From Eledone cirrhosa (taxonomy: Eukaryota): a stretch of 25,514 nucleotides of DNA. Both the position numbers and the translations under genes were made by a program. The stretch is taken from NCBI GenBank assembly GCA_964016885.1, contig CAXHJY010001604.1:1-25514 (forward strand), in the 5' to 3' direction. The notes beneath the pieces were generated by a model, which saw only the letters and a program-made list of their open reading frames with translations, did no database searches and was not told the DNA's origin. This document shows, in pieces, positions 13,326 through 25,514 of the stretch. Each line of letters starts with the position of its first letter. Position 1 is the first letter of the stretch.

Positions 13326-16300
13326 CAAACAAACAAATTAACAACACACCAAAACAATTAAAACCATCCACTCTCGCCTCTACATTTTTGCTTAACGCCC
13401 AAGGCATCAGCCCTTCCACCAATACTCAAAAATGGAAGATCAAATTCCTGGAGGACTGGATTGATGTCCATCCAAACCACATCCCTTTCTTCGTCCTCAC
13501 TGAAACCCATCTCAGTAACCTCCACTTGGAAGCCGAGGTGAAAGTGAAAAATTTCAAAGCCATCCGTGCTGATCGCGCTGGCAGAAGAAAGGGCGGAACT
13601 GCCATTTATGTCCATAATTCTTTCTCAACAGAGGCTATGAACATATTCACTAATGGATACTGTGAGGCAGTCACTGTATTCAGTCAAACCAACAACCTAT
13701 TAGTAGTTGGGCTCTATAGGCCACCCCAAACGCCTGTACCATGCTTCAAGGAATGCCTCAACAGCATAAAGTGTTTCATCCAAGAGTGTCACCCTGACAA
13801 CATCTTAATGATGGGGGACTTCAACCTCCCCGGAGTTGACTGGTCCACAAACAGCCTGCCACCAGGTTCTTCTGCCTCAACCTCTGACAGGGAAGCTGTG
13901 GAATCGCTTCTTGACTTCATGGATGATTTCTTCCTATCCCAACTGGTGCTCGAACCAACGAGGTGCCACAAAAACGTCCTAGACTTAATTTTCAGCAATC
14001 ACACTGACAATATCCACAATATTGCAGTGGAGAAAACTCTACTCTCTGATCATGACATGGTTCTCTGTGATCTGAGATTCCACCGTCCAATATACAAACC
14101 CAATGTCATCTCTCCTGTCCATCCGTTTGACGCTATGGATTTCCACAATGCAAACTGGGAAGCGATCAGTCATGATCTTGCACATGTCGACTGGTCCTTC
14201 ACGCACACTCATACACCCACTAACATCAAAAAGTCCTGGCAGACATTTGTGGACACTGTTACAAACATATGTGCTAAACACACCCCATTAAGAACTATAA
14301 ACAAATCTAAGAGCAGAATCCCTAGAAATAGAAAAACGCTCATCAGAAAAATTAAGAGAACGAACAAAAAAATCAACAAGCTGAAATACTGTCAGCAGCA
14401 ACACATCAACTTGACTGCCATTTCATCACTAGAGATTAAAAAACATAACCTCCAAAACAACATAATGTCCCTCATCAACAATCAGAGAAGAGCTGAAGAG
14501 GCCTGGGCCATTGAGAAGATCAAACTCAATCCCAAAGTGTTCTTTTCATTTGCAAAAAAACACAAAATCACTGGCTCTACTGTTGGCCCTCTAATTGATG
14601 AAAATGGCACTCTTCAAGACAATGCTAAAACCATGGGTGAGATACTGCAGAAACAATACTGCTCTGTTTTCAGCAATCCTGATATGGCCGATCTGGGCTG
14701 TATCGGCGATGTGCTACTCCCCATTACACCTTATCGGACATAACGTTTGGCGCCCCTGATGTCTTGGCGGCAATAAAGGAAATCAAGCATAATTCAGCAG
14801 TAGGTCCCGATAGGTTCCCTGCTTGTGTCTTGAAGGCGTATCAACACCAACTTGCTTCTCCTCTTGCCAATCTGTGGCGGAACTCACTGGATGCTGGATA
14901 TGTGCCAGAAAACCTTCTATCCCAGTCTGTTGTCCCAGTTTTCAAAAAGGGAAACAAATCCCTTGCCGTGAATTACCGTCCAATCTCACTCACCTCTCAT
15001 ATCATTAAGGTATTTGAGCGAGTGGTGAGATCGCGAATGACCCACTTCCTTGAGAGTAACAATATGCTGAACTCCAACCAGCATGGATTCCGTAATGGAA
15101 GGGATTGCCTGACGCAACTACTGCATCACTTTGATGACATTTTGAGAGCCTTGGGAGAGGGTTCCAACACTGATGTTATCTACCTTGATTTCAGCAAGGC
15201 CTTTGACAGGGTTGATCATAACATTCTACTGAGAAAGCTGTCCAATATTGGTGTCACTGGAAAGCTGCTGCAGTGGATCAAGAGCTTCCTGTCAAACAGA
15301 ACCCAACATGTTGTAGTTGAGGGAGTCAAATCAAGCCCAGCCAAAGTCAGTAGTGGAGTCCCACAAGGCAGTGTTGGGCCCACTTCTCTTCATCATCTAT
15401 ATTAATGACATCACTGACATCATCAAACACAGCAACATTAAAATTTTCGCTGATGATTCCAAGCTCCAAAAGGTCATCAATGGCGTGGATGACCGGATAA
15501 GCCTTCAGTCAGACCTACTGGCTGTTACCCAATGGGCAGAAAAGAATAACATGTTACTGAACGAAGACAAATTCGAACTGATCCACTTTGGAAAAGAGGA
15601 TGCTCTGAAACTCCCGTACTCCCTTCCCTCCGGGGAAACTCTCGTGGCATCTAACAACATCAGAGACTTGGGAGTAACCGTGGACAGCAACATAAGCTGG
15701 ACCACGCATATAAGCAGCAAAGTTGACATGGCCCGCAGAATGTGTTCCTGGATCCTCAGAACCTTCCAGTCGAGAGATTCCCGCACCATTATCCTTCTCT
15801 TCTCTACTTTCGCCCGACCACACCTTGAATACTGTTGTCCACTGTGGTCTCCCCACACGAAACAAAGTATCATGAAACTTGAAGCTCCTCAAAGGGCAAT
15901 CACGAAAAAGATAGATGGCATGTCAGACCTTGACTACTGGGGTCGATTGGAAAACCTGAAACTTTACTCACTCAAACGTCGCCGTGAGCGTTATATTATC
16001 TGCATGATGTGGAAAATGTTCCATCATCACTGCCCAAATGATGTTGGCATCGCCTTCAAGATACACCCAAGGCTTGGGCCCCGTGCTATCCGTCCCATTC
16101 AAAAATCTAAATCGCAACTCATAACAACAATACGGCACAATTATTTCACCTCAATCGGCCCTGCTCTCTTCAACATCACACCAGGACACGTCAAAACAGA
16201 AACTGACCACACAAAATTCAAGAAGTCTTTGGACAAATTCCTCCAAGTAATCCCGGACAAACCACCCACACCCGGATATGTCTCCGCAAACAGTAATTCT

Positions 16301-16333
16301 CTTCTCGAATGGGCCATGGTGCCCAAATCCTGA
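13220..16333 (+). pseudogene. LINE ORF2 (APE endonuclease + reverse transcriptase) with two frameshifts
   Basis: LNAQG, TETHL, YRPP, GDFN, LDLIF, SDH; NYRPISLTS, QHGFR, YLDFSKAFD, GVPQGS/VLGP, FADD; frameshifts near ~14720 and ~15372 (ORF pieces 13313-14743, 14764-15405, 15317-16333). Confidence 0.92.
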
Positions 16334-16400
16334 ATTGAAAGACTTCGCCAGGTGGTGCTATTAAGTTAGACATGGCCTGGGCCAATACTGGCCAAAACAT

Positions 16401-16430
16401 TTCAAAGTTATTCAAAGTTATTCAAAGTTA
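16401..16430 (+). repeat. LINE 3' tail (TTCAAAGTTA)x3, preceded by the ggcca-atac-tggcc hairpin
   Basis: Direct inspection; short tandem tails are typical of CR1-group LINEs. Confidence 0.85.
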
Positions 16431-16441
16431 TATATATATAC

Positions 16442-16472
<31 letters not shown>

Positions 16473-17710
16473 CTAGAGAATAAATTCCAAACCTGGAAGC
16501 AGGGACTAGAGAGAAAGGGCCTCAAAGTCAACATAACAAAGACTAAGGTCCTTGTAAGTAGACGAGAAAACAGAACCCAGATCCCCTCAGGGAAATGGCC
16601 TTGCTCAGTATGTAGGAAAGGTGTAGGTAGAAACTCCATTCTCTGCCCCAAATGCAAACAATGGGTACACAAGAGATGTAGCGGGATCTCAGGAAGCTTA
16701 ATTAAGAATGTAGGATTCACATGCAGCAGCTGTGCTGAAACAGCAAGCAAACAGCCACAGGAAACAAGTACCACCAATCTCTGGGAGGGCCCTGTAGAAA
16801 CAGTAGACAGCTTCTGCTACCTAGGTGACCGAATTAGCAACGGAGGTGGGTGCTCAGAAAGTACAATAACTAGGGTAAGAACGGGATGGAAGAAGTTTAG
16901 GGAACTACTACCACTGCTAGCTGCAAAAGGCTTCTCCCTCAGAATGAAAGGCAGACTGTATGATGCGTGTATCCGAACAGCGATGTTGCATGGTAGTGAG
17001 ACCTGGGCGCTGAAGGTGGAAGACTTACGTAGATTAGAGAGAAACGAAGCCTGCATGCTCCGATGGATGTGTAACAGTAATATACGTGAACGACAAAGCA
17101 TAAATGAATTGAGAGAGAGACTGAGCATAAGAGGAATCAAATGCTGCGTGCAGGAGAGGCGGTTACGCTGGTATGGACATGTGATGCGTATGAAGGATGA
17201 CAGCTGCATAAAAAGGTGCAGAGCACTAGAAGTTGATGGAAACCGCGGAGTGGGGAGACCCAAGATGACTTGGGATGAGGTGATAAAAGCCGACCTTACC
17301 CAACTACACCTCTCAAAGTCAATGACACACGACCGTGACTTCTGGCGTCACGCAGTAATACAGGGTACCCGACCTCCCATGGGTACATGCTGAAGCATAT
17401 AAACAATATGCACCCCCCCCCCCCCCCCCCTCCACCGCAAGGTGGCCGTGGAGGTGCCACGGCAAAAAAGCACCCAGCCCACACTGTAAAGTGGACGTGT
17501 AGGCGCCACAAAAAAGCACCCAGCACTCACTGTAAATGAGGTTGGTGTTAGGAAGGGCATCCAGCTGTAGAAATCAAGCCAGATCAGTTCCTGTATGAGC
17601 AAGGCATGGTCAGCCGACCAGACACTGCCCACAACAGGACAACCCGTCTAACCCATGCTAGCGTGGAAGAACGGACGTAAAACGGTGATGATGATGATGA
17701 TGATGATGAT
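16473..17710 (+). mobile_element. RTE-clade LINE, strongly 5'-truncated, long-3'UTR subfamily
   Basis: Open frame 16473-17393 (LENKFQTWK...PHD...FCYLGD...[11 protein letters not shown]...GRPK), C18 tract, 3' module and (GAT)n tail. Confidence 0.92.
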
Positions 17711-19033
<1,323 letters not shown>

Positions 19034-21726
19034 CCACAATGACAGAGGACGGAGACATCGTTATGCTAGCAGGAGACTTCAATGGTCATGTTGGACAGCT
19101 CCAGGATGGTTACACTGGGGTACATGGTGGGCACGGTTACGGTTCAAGAAATGAAGAAGGAGTGAGACTTCTTGAATCTTGTGATGCAAGTACATTGACT
19201 ATTTGCAACACAAACTTCCAGAAACCTGCCAATCACCTAATAACCTACAAATCTGGTGAGCACATAAGCCAGATTGACTTCCTGCTAGTTAGGCAGCGGG
19301 ACAGGCAGATAGTGTCTAATACCAAGGCATACCCTGGGGAAGAATGTACCCCACAGCATAGGTTAGTTGTTAGTGATATCTCAGTAAGCAAGAGATGGAA
19401 TGAGACATATAGGAAGGTGTGGAGAAGAAAGGTCTGGAAGCTAAAAGACCTTTCACTAAAATTCAAATTTAGGAAAGCCCTTCAAGATGTATATGACGAA
19501 AAACAAGACGATTTAGAGACGTATGACATAGATAATAACTGGAAGTTCTTACGTGACAACTTGCTGCAGGCTACTGATGAAACCTGTGGCTGGAGCAGAG
19601 CTCCAACCAGACAGAGAGTGACCTGGTGGTGGAACAGCACAGTAGATAAGGCTATTAGAGACAAAAGACTAGCATGGAAGGCTTGGAAAAAGGGTGGGAG
19701 TAGGGAAGAATATACAGCCACTAAGAGAGAAGCTAGACGTCAGGTGTACTTAGCACGCAGGGAGGCAGAGAGTAGGAGGTTTGCCAATATTCTGCGACGG
19801 GAAGATCAGAGGCGTGCGGTGTTCCACATTGCAAGGCAGTGTGTCAATGCAAATCAGGATGTTGTTGGTGATAAATGTGTCCGGGATGATGCCGGTGTAC
19901 TTAGTGTCACGAATGACCAGAAAAAGGAGGCCTGGAAATGTCATTATGAGAGACTGATGAATGTGGAGAACGAATGGGAGAGAGAGAAATTACCCTTGGT
20001 AGATCCGACAGAGAGACCAGCTATTGAGATTGACGAATATAGGGTCCAAGAGGCGATTAGGGAAATGAAAAATGGTAAGGCGGCCGGACCATCGGGAATA
20101 GTTGCTGAGATGCTGAAGGCATCAGGGGACGTAGGCACTAAACTGGTTGCACGTATCATCAATCAGGCTATATATGGTGGTGTCATACCCAAAGACTGGT
20201 GCAGCAGTATTCTCATAAATTGCTACAAAGGTAAAGGGGATGCTTTGGAGAGGAGCAATTATAGGGGTATAAAACTGATAGATCAGGTTATGAAAGTGGC
20301 AGAAAGGATTTTAGCACAACTAATTAGAGAAAGGGTCAAACTAGATGAGATGCAGTTTGGTTTTGTGCCTGGGAAGAGTACAACAGATGCCCTCTTCTTG
20401 GTGAGACAAATGCAAGAGAGGTTCTTAGAGAAGAATAAGCCACTATACTTAGCCTTTGTTGACCTAGAGAAGGCCTTTGATAGGGTACCCCGATCTGTCA
20501 TCTGGTGGTCCCTAAGGAAGCTGGGTGTTGAGGAATGGCTTGTGAGGACAGTGCAAACTTTGTACAGAGGTACTCTCAGTAAAGTCAGGGTAGGAATGGA
20601 GTTTAGTGAGGAATTCCAGATACAAGTAGGAGTACATCAGGGTTCGGTCCTCAGCCCGCTCTTGTTCATTATAGTCCTCCAAGCCATAACAGAGGAGTTT
20701 AAGACTGGCTGTCCATGGGAACTTCTCTATGCTGACGATCTGGCTCTTATGGCAGAATCAGTAGAGGAGCTAGAGAATAAATTCCGGCTATGGAAACAGC
20801 AGTTGGAAGCAAGAGGACTGAGAGTAAATCTAGCTAAGACAAAAGTGTTGATGAGTAGAAAAGAGGACAAAACCCTGATTCCGTCAGGGAAATGGCCATG
20901 TTCAATATGCAGAAAAGGAACTGGCATAAATTCTATAAAATGCACACAATGCAGGTCTTGGGTACACAAGAGATGTAGCGGGATAGCAGGCAAACTAACA
21001 GGTAGGGAGAAATATGTATGCAGTAGATGTACAGGGAAATTAGACAGTAGAAGTCGCACTGATAGACACATTTTTCAAATGCGAGAGGGCGCTATAGAAG
21101 TGGTGGATAGCTTCCGGTACCTAGGAGATCAGATTAGCATGGGAGGAGGGTGTTCCGAGGCCATAGTATCTAGAATAAGGACGGGTTGGAAGAAGTTTAG
21201 GGAGCTGCTTCCTCTGTTGACGAAGAAGGGTTTCTCCCTGCGTACGAAAGGCCGGTTGTATGATGCCTGTGTGAGGAGCGCGATGCTGCATGGTAGTGAG
21301 ACATGGGCAGCAACCGCAGAGGATATGCGACGGCTGGAGAGAAATGAGGCAAGCATGCTCCGTTGGATGTGCAGTGTAAATGTGCGTGAACGACCCAGCA
21401 TAAATGTGTTGAGAGAGAAACTGTGTCTGAGAGGGATAGAATGTAGTGTACGGGAGAGGAGACTGAGGTGGTATGGACATGTGATGCGCATGGAGGATGA
21501 CCGATGGGTGAAGAAGTGCCAGGAAATGCCAGTTGAAGGAAGACGTGGTAGAGGTAGACCACGAAAAACATGGGCGGAGGTGGTGAGAACAGACCTCAGA
21601 TCATTGAAGCTCACGGTGGAGATGACGAGGGACCGTGACGAGTGGAGAGATGCTGTGCTGAATAAGACTCGTCCCACCCTTGCAAGCAGGGAAAAGCGGA
21701 CGTAAAATGATGATGATGATGATGAT
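19034..21726 (+). mobile_element. RTE-clade LINE, 5'-truncated in the endonuclease, with essentially no 3'UTR and a (GAT)n tail
   Basis: Stop codon at 21705 directly followed by aa(tga)n. Confidence 0.95.
19039..21705 (+). CDS. RTE ORF (partial APE endonuclease + RT + PHD insertion), uninterrupted 888 aa
   Basis: [78 protein letters not shown]. Confidence 0.93.
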   Translation: MTEDGDIVMLAGDFNGHVGQLQDGYTGVHGGHGYGSRNEEGVRLLESCDASTLTICNTNFQKPANHLITYKSGEHISQIDFLLVRQRDRQIVSNTKAYPGEECTPQHRLVVSDISVSKRWNETYRKVWRRKVWKLKDLSLKFKFRKALQDVYDEKQDDLETYDIDNNWKFLRDNLLQATDETCGWSRAPTRQRVTWWWNSTVDKAIRDKRLAWKAWKKGGSREEYTATKREARRQVYLARREAESRRFANILRREDQRRAVFHIARQCVNANQDVVGDKCVRDDAGVLSVTNDQKKEAWKCHYERLMNVENEWEREKLPLVDPTERPAIEIDEYRVQEAIREMKNGKAAGPSGIVAEMLKASGDVGTKLVARIINQAIYGGVIPKDWCSSILINCYKGKGDALERSNYRGIKLIDQVMKVAERILAQLIRERVKLDEMQFGFVPGKSTTDALFLVRQMQERFLEKNKPLYLAFVDLEKAFDRVPRSVIWWSLRKLGVEEWLVRTVQTLYRGTLSKVRVGMEFSEEFQIQVGVHQGSVLSPLLFIIVLQAITEEFKTGCPWELLYADDLALMAESVEELENKFRLWKQQLEARGLRVNLAKTKVLMSRKEDKTLIPSGKWPCSICRKGTGINSIKCTQCRSWVHKRCSGIAGKLTGREKYVCSRCTGKLDSRSRTDRHIFQMREGAIEVVDSFRYLGDQISMGGGCSEAIVSRIRTGWKKFRELLPLLTKKGFSLRTKGRLYDACVRSAMLHGSETWAATAEDMRRLERNEASMLRWMCSVNVRERPSINVLREKLCLRGIECSVRERRLRWYGHVMRMEDDRWVKKCQEMPVEGRRGRGRPRKTWAEVVRTDLRSLKLTVEMTRDRDEWRDAVLNKTRPTLASREKRT

Positions 21727-24426
<2,700 letters not shown>

Positions 24427-24449
24427 ATACATATATATATATATACATG

Positions 24450-24526
<77 letters not shown>
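24427..24526. repeat. (TA)n spacer between head-to-head RTE copies
   Basis: Direct inspection. Confidence 0.95.
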
Positions 24527-24527
<1 letters not shown>

Positions 24528-25514
24528 ACACTAAATCCCTCCCCCATGAAGAATGCACCTCCCAACATAGACTGATAATTAGCGACCTCATAGTCAGGAC
24601 GAGACGTACTCGACAACAGAAGAGGACTATCCTCAGGAGGAAAATATGGAAGCTAAAGGACCCCACAGCCAGGAATAAATTTCAAAGCATATTACTTGAT
24701 GCTTTCGACAGTAAGGAAGAACATTTAGAGTCGGACAATATAGAGGGAGAGTGGGAATTTCTGAAAGCAAACCTGCTGTTGGCGACAGACGAGGTCTGTG
24801 GCTGGAGCAGGCCTGTAGGCAGGAGGAGAGTAACATGGTGGTGGAACAGTAAGGTGGAGGGGTCAATTAAGACCAAAAAGCAGGCTTGGAAAGTATGGCG
24901 GGATGGGGGAAGTAGAGAGGACTATCAAGTGGCCAGGAGGGAAGCTAGGAGACAAGTGTACTTAGCAAGAAGGGAAGCTGAGGAAAGAAAGTTCAAGCAT
25001 GTTCTACAACGCGATGACCAAAAACGTGAGGTGTTCAGGATTGCTAGGCAATGCGTCAAGGAAAACCGTGATATTGTCGGGGAGAAGTGTGTACTAAACG
25101 ACGATGGCACACTTGCCATCACCGACACTGATAAGAAGGTAGCTTGGAAGTGTCACTATGAAAGGCTACTAAATGAGGAGAATAAATGGGAGAAAGACAG
25201 TCTCCCCCATATCGACCCAATAGAGGGACCAGCAGTGTTAGTCGAGGGGAGTATAATAAGTAAGGCAATCAAGGATATGAAGACTGGTAAGGCGGCTGGG
25301 CCTTCGGAAATAGTTGCTGAGATGCTGAAGGCATCTGGCACGGTGGGACACACCATGGTCACCCGCATAGTTAACCAAGTCGTACAGAATGGGGTTGTTC
25401 CGAAGGACTGGCATAGTAGCATCATCGTTAACTGTTATAAGGGTAAAGGAGACGCCCTAGATAGGAGTAACTATAGAGGCATTAAATTAATCGACCAGGT
25501 CATGAAGGTCACGG
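24527..25514 (+). mobile_element. RTE-clade LINE, 5'-truncated, running off the window; sibling of 22140-24426
   Basis: Open frame [20 protein letters not shown]...VTWWWN...[15 protein letters not shown]; 25005-25514 is ~99% identical to the reverse complement of 23917-24426. Confidence 0.93.

Larger units (their letters stand above)
12178..16430 (+). mobile_element. CR1-group (CR1/L2/Crack/Daphne-like) LINE, 5'-truncated within ORF1
   Basis: ORF1 plus APE-RT ORF2, short 3' UTR and tandem 10-mer tail; exact clade not determinable by eye. Confidence 0.9.

Overview
Eukaryotic, repeat-only window with no host gene; the element types and the huge (TA)n tracts suggest an octopus or other coleoid genome (inference). 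It is a (TA)n/(TACA)n microsatellite scaffold studded with retroelements: a near-full-length CR1-group LINE, four 5'-truncated RTE-clade LINEs (one with an uninterrupted 888-aa frame), two copies of a tRNA/CORE SINE with an RTE tail, two copies of a short RTE-derived non-autonomous element, and a ~2.75 kb direct segmental duplication. The main finding is at 6343-9647: a near-perfect tandem array of a 310-bp, hairpin-rich unit. Each unit carries a type I hammerhead ribozyme (GUAGUC-CUGAUGA-stem II-GAAA-CGCG-UA|GAUUAC), i.e. a non-LTR 'retrozyme'/circular-RNA element. The array flips orientation at 7773/7775, so both arms point outward, as expected if a circular RNA were reverse-transcribed by rolling circle from both target ends. 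Other points of interest: candidate -1 frameshift heptamers linking ORF1 to an AUG-less ORF2 in the CR1-group LINE, a PHD finger inside the RTE RT region, and a mosaic SINE built from parts of two RTE subfamilies present in the window. Most listed ORFs are microsatellite or antisense artefacts.
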